Below are positions 20,919 through 30,486 of a stretch of 64,000 nucleotides of DNA, one piece after another. The DNA lies in the IMG/VR virus record IMGVR_UViG_3300028591_000005, positions 64,001 through 128,000 of that record, one strand, 5' to 3'. Position numbers and translations under genes: made by a program. Positions within the stretch are counted from its first letter, which is position 1. Every line of letters begins with the position of its first letter. The notes beneath the pieces were generated by a model. It was not told where the DNA came from. It did no database searches and worked only from the letters and a program-made list of their open reading frames with translations. The stretch is from a virus. Lineage: Duplodnaviria; Caudoviricetes.

Positions 20919-21599
20919 TTATCTAGTTTCAAACCAATGATCTTCTATCTGAAGATGATTGTTTGCCCATTCAAATCTACCTCTCGCAAAATATACGTAA
21001 TCATGTGGATTGCATCCAATGCCTTGTTCTTCCATATATTTTTCAAAAGCAGACTCAGGTGTATCTCTAACTATATAAAGTATAATTTTCATATTGTCAA
21101 TTGATTCTTGAGATACAACATTTCTTGCTTCCCAGGTGGTAAACTGACCTTCTGCACTTAATACTCCATAAATTGTATTTGGATAATATTCACTTATCAA
21201 TCTATTAAGTATTACTTCAATAACTGCTCGTCTACCATCTTCACATTGATTTCCTGCTTCAAGAACTGCAATTCTACATATTAAATCAATATCTTCATCA
21301 GATAAAGAATTGATTATATCATAGTAATAAGTATTTAGTTCTTCTATAACTTTTTCTTCAACTATTTCAACAATTTCTACTTCTTCTATTTCTATAGAAT
21401 TTAAAATAGCTGAAGCGCCTCCGTGTGGAAGCTTAATTGGCTCATCAATTACAGACTCTACTTCTGCAATTTCAGATTGGCTAGTTTCATTTTGCGGTTG
21501 CCAGTCTATACGTTCTATTACTCTAGATACTCCGAATCCAAAAGCAAAGGAAGCTAAACAACAGCAAATGATGAAAAGCCGGGTCTTGACTTGCATCAT
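20919..21599 (-). CDS. Cell wall hydrolase, SleB/Hydrolase_2 family, with N-terminal anchor
   Basis: LEAGNQ..GRRAVIEVILNR..YPNTIYGV...GQF and I.DHWF motifs. Confidence 0.85.
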   Translation of the reverse strand: MMQVKTRLFIICCCLASFAFGFGVSRVIERIDWQPQNETSQSEIAEVESVIDEPIKLPHGGASAILNSIEIEEVEIVEIVEEKVIEELNTYYYDIINSLSDEDIDLICRIAVLEAGNQCEDGRRAVIEVILNRLISEYYPNTIYGVLSAEGQFTTWEARNVVSQESIDNMKIILYIVRDTPESAFEKYMEEQGIGCNPHDYVYFARGRFEWANNHLQIEDHWFETR

Positions 21600-21732
21600 T
21601 ATTTTCCTCCTATATTGAGCGGCTAAATATATATGATTTTCAAATAAATAAAATTATAAAAATCATACCATATATTATATATTATAACATAAATTTTTAT
21701 AAAAGTAAAGAGGTGGCATCGCCACCTCTTGA

Positions 21733-24087
21733 TTAAATCTTTGTTATAGATATTACTTTATTATCTTTTATTAACATATTTCCAATGCCCGCCTTGGTCA
21801 AGAGAGGAATATCTTGTGCAGAAATGCATATGCTAGTTTTATTTCCGCATATAAGCACATTATCTTCATCAGATACCATTGTTGCACCTATAAGAATACC
21901 ATTTGCAGTAGAAGTCTTATAAATAATAGTACCTTTTCCGCCACGAGTTTGAGTTAAAAATTCTTTTAAAGCAACTTTCTTACCGATGCCAGTGCTTGTG
22001 AAGATTGCAACTTGATCAGTATCTTTATGAACAGACATCGCTGACACCACATAGTCGCCTTCCGCAAGTTTAATTGCTTTAACACCTGTAGCTACTCTAC
22101 CGATAGGAGTAATTGCCGTAGTACCAAATCTGATATTCATTCCATCTTTTGTTACAAGAATAATATCTTCATCATCTTGGAAGAGAATCTTAACTACGCT
22201 ATCTTCTTCTGCGACCTTAAGAGCTGCGATTCCAGCATTTTTATTTGTTTTAGTATATTCTTCAAGATAAGACTTTTTAATAATACCATTCTTCGTTAAG
22301 AAGAAAATGTATTTAGGAAGAGTCTTTCTGTGAAGAGAAGTGATTGCAATAATCTTTTCATCATTCTCCAATTTAACAAGAGATGCAATAGGAACACCTT
22401 TCGAGGTATTAGTTCCATCGGGGATATTATCTACAATAGTACGATACATCTTACCCTTATTAGAGAAGAACATGATATAATCAACTGTATTCGTTTTGAC
22501 TACATCAAAAATTACATCATCTACAGATTTTACGCCCTTTCCGCCTTTCTTTTGTACCTTAAATGCGGAAACCGGTACTTTCTTAATAAGACCAGATTCT
22601 GTAGTGATTACAACAACATCTACGGGAACTACTTCTGCAATCTCTTTTTCTTCTTTTGGAACTTCAATCTGAGCCAACTGAGTACGTCTTGCATCACCAT
22701 ACTTCTTAACAATTGCTTCAAGACGCTCTCTTATCATTTTTAATTGCTCTTCTTTTGACTCAAGAAGTAAAATATAATAATCAATCTGTTCACTTAAAGC
22801 CTGAGCTTCTTTTGTCAACTCAAGTTTATCAAGCTTTGTTAACGAACTTAATCTCATGGCTAAGATTGCTTTAGCCTGTCTTTCAGAGAAACCTAACTGA
22901 ATTAATTTCTCTTTAGCTTCAGCACTATCCTGACTACCTTTGATCAATACAATAACGTCGTCTATATTCGCAAGAGCCTTAAGTAAACCAGAAACAACCT
23001 CAGCTCTATCCTTAGCTTTCTCAAGTCTTGTATTTGTTTCTTTAATAAGACAGTCTATATTATGATTAATATAAACTTCAATAGCCTGTTCAAGATTTAA
23101 TTCAGTTGGTGTCTTATTGATAAGAGCAACCTGATTATAAGATATTGAAGTTTGAAGGTTTGTTTTAGAGAAAAGCTTTGCAGCAATAGCTTCAGGGTTA
23201 ACGCCTTTTTTACATTCGATAACGATTCTTAAACCATTCTTATTACTTTCATCACGAACTTCATCTATACCTTCTATTTCTTTTGCATCACAGACTTCGC
23301 CAATCTGAGCTAAAATTCCTTCAACAGTTTCGCCATATGGAATCTCATAAAATACAAGGTTATTCTTCTCAATTTTGTAACATCCTCTTACTTTTACAGA
23401 ACCATGTCCTGTTCTCATAATAGCGGGAATGTCATTTTTATTTATAATAAGTCCACCTGTTGGAAAGTCAGGTCCAGGTAAAGTAACTGCTTTTCCATCC
23501 ATGCTGTCATAAATAGCCTGAGCAACCTCTTTTAAATTATGAGGAAGCCAATTACAAGCCATTGCAACACCAATACCTGTGTTTGGATTACATAAAAGAT
23601 TAGGGAAGATTGAAGGAAGCGTTTCAGGCTCTTCCATTGTTTCATCATAATTAGGAATAAAATCTACATTTCTTTCTTTTAATCCAACAAGAAGACCATC
23701 TTCCGCAATCTTACTAAGCCTTGCTTCAGTATAACGACCTGCAGCAGGACCATCACCCATCTGGTTTCCATTTGAACCATGCCAATCAATAAGAGGATAT
23801 CTCAAAACCCAAGGTTGAGATAATCTTACCATTGCACCGTATATTGCTGCATCTCCATGAGGATGATATTTACCCATAACATCTCCATAGATTCTTGCAC
23901 ATTTTACATGGGGTTTATTAGAAGTTCTTCCTTCTTCAAACATAGACCAAAGAATTCTTTTTGCAACAGGCTTAAGACCAGATCTTGCATCAGGTATCGC
24001 CCTGTCAGTATTACAAGCTACCGCGTATTCAATAAAATTTGTACCTAGTTCATTTTTTACATCATTTGTATCAAAAATTTCACTCAA
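21733..24087 (-). CDS. gyrA: Type IIA topoisomerase subunit A (GyrA/ParC)
   Basis: RAIPD..GLKP, YHPHGD, RYTEAR and C-terminal pinwheel repeats. Confidence 0.93.
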   Translation of the reverse strand: MSEIFDTNDVKNELGTNFIEYAVACNTDRAIPDARSGLKPVAKRILWSMFEEGRTSNKPHVKCARIYGDVMGKYHPHGDAAIYGAMVRLSQPWVLRYPLIDWHGSNGNQMGDGPAAGRYTEARLSKIAEDGLLVGLKERNVDFIPNYDETMEEPETLPSIFPNLLCNPNTGIGVAMACNWLPHNLKEVAQAIYDSMDGKAVTLPGPDFPTGGLIINKNDIPAIMRTGHGSVKVRGCYKIEKNNLVFYEIPYGETVEGILAQIGEVCDAKEIEGIDEVRDESNKNGLRIVIECKKGVNPEAIAAKLFSKTNLQTSISYNQVALINKTPTELNLEQAIEVYINHNIDCLIKETNTRLEKAKDRAEVVSGLLKALANIDDVIVLIKGSQDSAEAKEKLIQLGFSERQAKAILAMRLSSLTKLDKLELTKEAQALSEQIDYYILLLESKEEQLKMIRERLEAIVKKYGDARRTQLAQIEVPKEEKEIAEVVPVDVVVITTESGLIKKVPVSAFKVQKKGGKGVKSVDDVIFDVVKTNTVDYIMFFSNKGKMYRTIVDNIPDGTNTSKGVPIASLVKLENDEKIIAITSLHRKTLPKYIFFLTKNGIIKKSYLEEYTKTNKNAGIAALKVAEEDSVVKILFQDDEDIILVTKDGMNIRFGTTAITPIGRVATGVKAIKLAEGDYVVSAMSVHKDTDQVAIFTSTGIGKKVALKEFLTQTRGGKGTIIYKTSTANGILIGATMVSDEDNVLICGNKTSICISAQDIPLLTKAGIGNMLIKDNKVISITKI

Positions 24088-24967
24088 TTAAATACTCCTC
24101 TCCTAACAACATTTCCAATGTCATGTTATCTCTTTCCCAATAAGGAATTCTGACTAAAGGAATATTATTATCTTTTGCATATTTATTTTTTATTATATCA
24201 TTATTTTTTGTTTCTGTCAAATTATGTGTAAAATATTCTTGTTCTTCAAAATGTTGAATTCCATCAAATTCAATCAATCTAATTAAATTATCATTTTGAT
24301 ATATTCCAAAATCATATCTAAGTGGTTTTATATTTTTTAAATCATTAAAGGTAATTTGTTCTTGATACTGAATATTATTTTCTTCAAGTATCTTTTTAAT
24401 GTTCATTTCACCTATTGATGTTTTTATACAACCACAAGATTGAATTCCACCTCTTTTTAATTGATAACCAGCAACTTCTTTTTGATTACCACAATCGCAT
24501 TGACAAACCCAATACATATGAGATCCATCTTTCATTGAAGTTGGATACATAGCAATTAGTTTACCAAATCTTTGTCCTTTTAAATTTTCATACGTTTTAT
24601 GATAAGGACAATTTTGTTTACCGCAGCTATTAACTTGTCCACCATTTAAATTATTAGAAGTAACTTCATGTTCATTTCCACAATCACATTTGCATTTCCA
24701 AACGATACTTCGATGAAATCTTTTCCCAGTATCTTCTATTACTGTTAAATGACCAAATCTTTGTCCTACTAATCTGGTACTTAATGTAATTTCTTTTTCA
24801 GGTATTAAACTTTTATCTTCAATTACTTGATAATCTCCATCACACCAAGTACCAATTCTAGTAAGAATATAGCCTTTATTTTTCATTGACTCAACAGTTC
24901 GATTAAAAGATCTGTGTACTGTATTAGGTGAATAATTATATTTTTCACAAAACTCTTTTAATGTCAT
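24080..24967 (-). CDS. Putative homing endonuclease (Cys-rich repeats + Vsr/EDxHD-like nuclease domain)
   Basis: Repeated GQRFG.L..WxCxCDCG..SCG units and C-terminal YDF..IEFDGIQH..KN.YA..LVRIPY; inserted between gyrB and gyrA. Confidence 0.75.
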   Translation of the reverse strand: MTLKEFCEKYNYSPNTVHRSFNRTVESMKNKGYILTRIGTWCDGDYQVIEDKSLIPEKEITLSTRLVGQRFGHLTVIEDTGKRFHRSIVWKCKCDCGNEHEVTSNNLNGGQVNSCGKQNCPYHKTYENLKGQRFGKLIAMYPTSMKDGSHMYWVCQCDCGNQKEVAGYQLKRGGIQSCGCIKTSIGEMNIKKILEENNIQYQEQITFNDLKNIKPLRYDFGIYQNDNLIRLIEFDGIQHFEEQEYFTHNLTETKNNDIIKNKYAKDNNIPLVRIPYWERDNMTLEMLLGEEYLIE

Positions 24968-25056
24968 AATATATTTTCCTCCTTATTTTCTCTGTTACAA
25001 TAATTGAAAATATATTATGCAAAATTAATCACTGTTGACAAAAATTGCATAAAATT

Positions 25057-25353
25057 TTACTTATATTCATCTTTATGAAGTAAAAGATAGTTATAAAGTT
25101 TCTCAGTATATTCATCTAATGTATCGTTATTTAAATCATAGAAAGAAAAATTTAATTTTTCTTCTAAATAATTTAAAATATCTTTACTTTTAATTTTATC
25201 AATATCAAATACTTCGCATATTTTATCATGTAGCTCTAATCTATGCTGTTCAAGTCCATACAATGCAAAGATACCACCTTCGTTAAGTTGAACCATAGTA
25301 GCCGCTAAATGAATATATTCTTTAATTAATTCTTTTGGACTTCTTTCTATCAT
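25057..25353 (-). CDS. Hypothetical protein
   Basis: Operon context. Confidence 0.55.
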   Translation of the reverse strand: MIERSPKELIKEYIHLAATMVQLNEGGIFALYGLEQHRLELHDKICEVFDIDKIKSKDILNYLEEKLNFSFYDLNNDTLDEYTEKLYNYLLLHKDEYK

Positions 25354-25359
25354 ATCTTA

Positions 25360-27270
25360 TTACTCCTGATTGTATACAGCCTCCTTTGAATGTTCTTTTA
25401 TATAAGACTTACGTGCGGTGACGCCAGTTCCCATTAACTGTTCAAAAAGAACACTTGTTGACTGAGGATCCTCAACCGTAATCTGCTTAATAATTCTATT
25501 ATTCGGATCGGTCAAAGTTTCTTCAGTCTCTTCTACGTCCATTTCACCTAAGCCCTTCATACGCTTTAACTCGTATTTCTTTCCACCTTTATAGTTAGCT
25601 CTCCATTCATCAAGTTCTTTATCATTCTTAATATACTTACTTTCTCCATTAGAGAAAATAATTCTATAAAGAGGTGGAACACCTGCATATATATAACCGT
25701 CTTTAATTAACTCAGGACAGAAATTCCAAATAAATGTATAGAAAAGATTCTTAATGTGAGCACCATCAACATCCGCATCAGACATAATGATAATCTTTCC
25801 ATAACGAAGATCTTCCTTATCGTAAGTAATCTTCATTGTCTTTGGATCAATTTTTAAACCAAAAGCATCAATCATTGTCATAATTTCTGCATTCTTTTGA
25901 ATCTGTGCAAGAGTTGCTTTCTGAGTATTAAGAATCTTACCTCTTACGGGCATAACAGCCTGGAACTCATTATTTCTTGCCATCTTAAGGTTTCCGGAAG
26001 CCGAATCACCCTCTGTGATGTAGATTTCACATTTCATTCTATCTTTAGAGTAACAGTCAGCAAGTTTTGTATCGAACTTGATTACTTTCTCTTTCTTTTT
26101 CTTTTCTGTTTCACGAGCCGCGTCTCTTGCTTTCTTAGCAGCTTCCCGCGCCTTTCTTGCACTGATTGCTTTATCAAAAATAACCTTTATATCTTTTTCA
26201 TTTATTAAGAGCCAATTAGTTAATGAATCAGTTATAAAACTAATTTCAGGCTTTGTCTCAATCTTTGTGACACGTGACTTTACTTGCGCATCATACGACA
26301 CAGATGGAGCAGTATAGTTAAATACAATGTAGATACCTTCCTGGATATCATCGCCCGTAAGGTTTTCATCCTTCTCTTTAAGCCAACCACGCTCTCTGAA
26401 AAACTTGTTCATTTCTCTTGTAAGAGTAGTCTTAAGCTGAGTGATATGAGCACCCGTGTCTGTTAAACCTGTATTTACATATGGAACAATAGTAGATGAA
26501 TAATTTGCGGTATAGGTTAATACAAGATCAAGCTTGTACTTATCTTCCTGACCATTAACTACAAGTCTATTGTTGATAATTTCTTTATCCTTAACCGCAT
26601 CATCAACTAAATCATTAAGACCATTTTTTGATGTAAATGTTTCTTTTGTACCATTATAATCAAGATTAATAATAAGTCCAGGACATAAACAACTAATAGT
26701 CTTAAATAATGTGCGAATTTTATTTATTTCAACTTCAGTATGAGTGAAAAATTCTTCTGAAGGCTGCCATTGAACAAAAGTGCCAGAAGATGTTTTATCA
26801 GCCATTGCTTTTTCAACTCGACCTTCAAATACACCCTCTTTAAAGCTAATGGCTTCCATTTTCCCATCTCGCCATGTTCTAACTCTTAACCAGTGGCTAA
26901 GGAATGTAGTAATTTTACTGCCAATACCAAAAGAACCAAGAGAAGTTCCTTCATAACTACCATCTTCACGATACTTTCCAGAAGTATTAAGTACACTAAA
27001 AGCAGCTTCAAGAATTGTTTTACCGTCTTCACGAATACTATTAGGAATAAAACCTTGTCCATAATCTTGTACAGTTACAATATCTTTATCAATGGTAACA
27101 TCTATCTGATTACCATGACCTGCATTGAATTCATCCACAGCGTTAGAAAAAATTTCGACAAGCAACTGTGTTGAATAGGTAGTATCACCTGCATAAACTC
27201 CTGGACGTAATCTAGTAAATTGCAATGGATCTAGTGATTCAATTGAATTTTCATCATATAATTTACCCAT
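25360..27270 (-). CDS. gyrB: Type IIA topoisomerase subunit B (GyrB/ParE)
   Basis: RPGVYAG, EIFSNAVDE, EGDSA, PVRGKILN, DADVDG and KGLGEM motifs. Confidence 0.93.
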   Translation of the reverse strand: MGKLYDENSIESLDPLQFTRLRPGVYAGDTTYSTQLLVEIFSNAVDEFNAGHGNQIDVTIDKDIVTVQDYGQGFIPNSIREDGKTILEAAFSVLNTSGKYREDGSYEGTSLGSFGIGSKITTFLSHWLRVRTWRDGKMEAISFKEGVFEGRVEKAMADKTSSGTFVQWQPSEEFFTHTEVEINKIRTLFKTISCLCPGLIINLDYNGTKETFTSKNGLNDLVDDAVKDKEIINNRLVVNGQEDKYKLDLVLTYTANYSSTIVPYVNTGLTDTGAHITQLKTTLTREMNKFFRERGWLKEKDENLTGDDIQEGIYIVFNYTAPSVSYDAQVKSRVTKIETKPEISFITDSLTNWLLINEKDIKVIFDKAISARKAREAAKKARDAARETEKKKKEKVIKFDTKLADCYSKDRMKCEIYITEGDSASGNLKMARNNEFQAVMPVRGKILNTQKATLAQIQKNAEIMTMIDAFGLKIDPKTMKITYDKEDLRYGKIIIMSDADVDGAHIKNLFYTFIWNFCPELIKDGYIYAGVPPLYRIIFSNGESKYIKNDKELDEWRANYKGGKKYELKRMKGLGEMDVEETEETLTDPNNRIIKQITVEDPQSTSVLFEQLMGTGVTARKSYIKEHSKEAVYNQE

Positions 27271-27322
27271 AAATATTTATTTTTCTCCTATTTTTATTTA
27301 TAAATATATTATAACATAATTT

Positions 27323-28078
27323 TTATTTATTTTCAACATCAATAACAAATTCCCAATATAATTTTTCACCTGTTATTGGATGTTTACCAGCACTTTTATG
27401 TTCATTTGATGAATTACATACTCGTCCAATAGAACAAGCAGTTGCAAGACCACACCATCTTGCAGCATCCATCATTGTTTCAAAAATTTCTCCTGTATTA
27501 ATACATTTAACCTTTTTACCACCTTTACTTTTTCTATTTTCAGACATTTTTTCTAATGATTCTTTTGTATGATGTTTACCATAAAAAGGATGCTCTTCAC
27601 CAGCTCTTTTTCCTTTTCTATGTTCGGAAATTAACTGTTTTGATTCTTCAGTATGATGTTTGCCATAAAAAGGATTATTTTCTCCTGAAAATAATTCAGA
27701 CATAAGTTCTCGTTGTTTTTGAGACCAATGTTTACCCCTTTGAGAAATAGAATTAGATTCACCAATTTTCTTTTTTGTTTCTTCGGAATGTCGGAAATTT
27801 TTCCCTCCATCCGTAATATTATATCCAAAATTTTCATCTGTAGAATTATAAAATTTAATTAATTCTTGTTCTTTTTTATTAGCTTCTTCTACAGTTAAAT
27901 TAGTGTATAAAATAATATGTTCAAAATTATCCCAACCATATTTTAAAATTGCATTATAAAATCTTGGTGAAGTTTCATATCCTCTACCATTATCCCATCT
28001 TTTTTCAGGTTTTTGACAAGTTTGTCCTATATAAACTTTTCCATTTATTTTATTTTTATGAATATAAATTGTATACAT
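27323..28078 (-). CDS. GIY-YIG homing endonuclease with NUMOD3 repeats
   Basis: IYIHKNKINGKVYIGQT and repeated NPFYGKHHTEE. Confidence 0.88.
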   Translation of the reverse strand: MYTIYIHKNKINGKVYIGQTCQKPEKRWDNGRGYETSPRFYNAILKYGWDNFEHIILYTNLTVEEANKKEQELIKFYNSTDENFGYNITDGGKNFRHSEETKKKIGESNSISQRGKHWSQKQRELMSELFSGENNPFYGKHHTEESKQLISEHRKGKRAGEEHPFYGKHHTKESLEKMSENRKSKGGKKVKCINTGEIFETMMDAARWCGLATACSIGRVCNSSNEHKSAGKHPITGEKLYWEFVIDVENK

Positions 28079-28173
28079 AATTATTCCTCCTTATATATTA
28101 TATATTAAAGGAAGATTTTCTATTGAAACACTTTGACCATTGATGTTATTTATATAATAAATTTTAATAAAAA

Positions 28174-28665
28174 TCAAGTAATAATATTATATGTTTTAAT
28201 CAAACGTTTATATTTTAAATTATTGTCACTTGCAAGAGCATCTACTATTTCATTTCCAAGAACTCCCGCATGACCGCTACATTTTTTAATAATATACTTA
28301 ATATTGATAAAATTAAGTAAATTATATAATTCTTTAACTAAATCAAGATTTTCAATAGGTTTATTCTTTGTTCTAACCCATCCTGCGGCAGCCCATTTCC
28401 AAATCCAATCATTACACATATTAACTACATATGCAGAATCGGAATATATTTCAAATTCATCATCATTTTCTGTCGTTTTTAATATGTAATTAATAGCATT
28501 AATCATTGCTCTTAATTCCATCCTATTATTAGTTGTATTTGGATGTAAAGCTTTTTCATAATATTTAATACAAGGTAATCCATCTTTTGTTTTTAATTCA
28601 AGTACAGCATAACCGCCTGGTCCAGGATTACCTGAACATGCACCGTCTGTATAGATTGTTCGCAT
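28174..28665 (-). CDS. rnhA: Ribonuclease HI
   Basis: YTDGACSGNPGPGG, TNNRMEL, SDSAY and GH...NE.VD motifs. Confidence 0.92.
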   Translation of the reverse strand: MRTIYTDGACSGNPGPGGYAVLELKTKDGLPCIKYYEKALHPNTTNNRMELRAMINAINYILKTTENDDEFEIYSDSAYVVNMCNDWIWKWAAAGWVRTKNKPIENLDLVKELYNLLNFINIKYIIKKCSGHAGVLGNEIVDALASDNNLKYKRLIKTYNIIT

Positions 28666-28827
28666 TAGTTTCTCCTTCTGTAAGAAGCTTCTCATTTATT
28701 CTACTATTATTATAACAAAATTTTTATAAAATGTCAAGTTGTTTGAACGTAGACTTCTCTAAAATTGAAAAGAAGATTTTGACAATAAAAAAATGCTGCA
28801 CAGATTTAACTCTGTGCAGCATATTAA

Positions 28828-29067
28828 TTATTCTTCGTCGCCTCTAACCGCATCGAATGTTTTTTCAATCATATCATTATATTTCTTTTTAGATACAGAA
28901 ACAAATGAAGTAAGAAGAGTTTCAATTGCAGCTAAGGTTGCAATTAATTGCTCACCATATGGAATATTCCAAATATTAATAATTGCTGTAATAAAAATTA
29001 CAATAGGCCCAATGTAACGAGCAATAAACTTAAGTACATCATACACTTTACTATTTTCAAATATCAT
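28828..29067 (-). CDS. Holin (Dp-1-like)
   Basis: SKVYDVLKFIA plus two TM segments; coupled to the endolysin. Confidence 0.75.
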   Translation of the reverse strand: MIFENSKVYDVLKFIARYIGPIVIFITAIINIWNIPYGEQLIATLAAIETLLTSFVSVSKKKYNDMIEKTFDAVRGDEE

Positions 29068-30416
29068 TAGGGTGCTCCTTTCCGGCCTTCAGCCTTTCCA
29101 AACATTATATAATGTGCATAATACATTTCTCTATTATCACCAAAAGCAGCTACAATATCAGGATATGCATTGGAATAATAAACAGGATCAAATTCAGCAG
29201 AACCTTGCCTAAATTCTTTCATTCCATTATTTTGAAAATGTAACCAAAGTGCATTAATATCATTTCCAAAAGCAGCTTTTAAATCTGCATAATGATCTGA
29301 ATAAAATGCAGGATCAAAAACCGGACTATAATCATATCCATTAATAATGAAACCAGTAGGAGTTTCAAGCTGCTGATTGACTGCAAGTGCAATATTAGGC
29401 ATACACATCATCAGGAAGTTGCCAGGACATGCTTTAGATGCAAACCATCTATGAACAGCCATATTTTGAAGTGAAGCATTTCCTACAAGTTTTGGATTAT
29501 TAGACCATAAAAGTTTAGGTATTCCGTTTCTCTTACAGATATCCGCACAAAGATTAATAATAGAAGTCATTGCTTGAGAGGATACATACCAGTCAGGTCC
29601 GAGAGTTGTATTACTTACTTCTATTGTTATTGAGCGATGGTCATAATCTGAACCTGTCCAACCATTGCATGTTTTATCTCCACCTGTTGTCCATGCTCTA
29701 TATTTCTCAGGAACATACTGCCAAATTTCTCCATTAGAAGAAATTCCATAATGTGAAGATGCTCCGCGCTTAGGATTAGCAAAAAGTTGACCGCATCTTT
29801 TTGCATCATAAGTACCTGCCATACAATGAATAATAATTGTATCAATTTTGTATTTACGTTGTGCAGTGTAGTTAGGTGACCACATAACACCAGTTACTAA
29901 TTTACTATCAGCTACCATTGTGCCTCCTTGATCATATTTTGTTAAATTCCATTTATCTATTACAGCCATTAAATTATCTACATAATTAATAGAAGTTGCA
30001 TAACCGCTATTTTTTAATGCTTGTAAGTATTCTCTCGGAGTTGTTGCAGTTTTTGCTGCATTATATTTACCACTATCAATAAATTGATAATATCCTTGAA
30101 CTCCAGTGTGCATATCTAAAAATTGGAACCATTTTGTAGTTATTGTATAATAACTTCCATCAGGTCTTTGTTCTGCGGAAGTTTCTGTGAAAAAGCCTGA
30201 ATTACAAGTTACTCTATTTTCTTTATATTTAAGTCCAAAATAATTATTTCTGTCATTATGAAGACCTTTATCAGAAGTAACTTTATTAGATGTGCCATAC
30301 CCAGATTCAAGACAAGCTTGAGCAATAATTGCAGAAGCTACACCCCAACCTAAATAATCTCTCCACGCAACCACATGAGGAGCTATTGAGTTAATAAAAT
30401 CTTCTTGTTTACTCAT
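29067..30416 (-). CDS. Endolysin: GH73 glucosaminidase + Amidase_2 + C-terminal wall-binding repeats
   Basis: AQACLESGYG..NYFGLK..GYATS; IIIHC..SSHYG..IEV..HRWF..KACPG; FDPxFY...Y.D..AAFG repeated twice. Confidence 0.88.
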   Translation of the reverse strand: MSKQEDFINSIAPHVVAWRDYLGWGVASAIIAQACLESGYGTSNKVTSDKGLHNDRNNYFGLKYKENRVTCNSGFFTETSAEQRPDGSYYTITTKWFQFLDMHTGVQGYYQFIDSGKYNAAKTATTPREYLQALKNSGYATSINYVDNLMAVIDKWNLTKYDQGGTMVADSKLVTGVMWSPNYTAQRKYKIDTIIIHCMAGTYDAKRCGQLFANPKRGASSHYGISSNGEIWQYVPEKYRAWTTGGDKTCNGWTGSDYDHRSITIEVSNTTLGPDWYVSSQAMTSIINLCADICKRNGIPKLLWSNNPKLVGNASLQNMAVHRWFASKACPGNFLMMCMPNIALAVNQQLETPTGFIINGYDYSPVFDPAFYSDHYADLKAAFGNDINALWLHFQNNGMKEFRQGSAEFDPVYYSNAYPDIVAAFGDNREMYYAHYIMFGKAEGRKGAP

Positions 30417-30486
30417 TTTACCTCCTGTTCCACGACAAATAGCCTTGCTTTCGCAAGGCTATAAGTCAGTTTATTATTAAATTTAT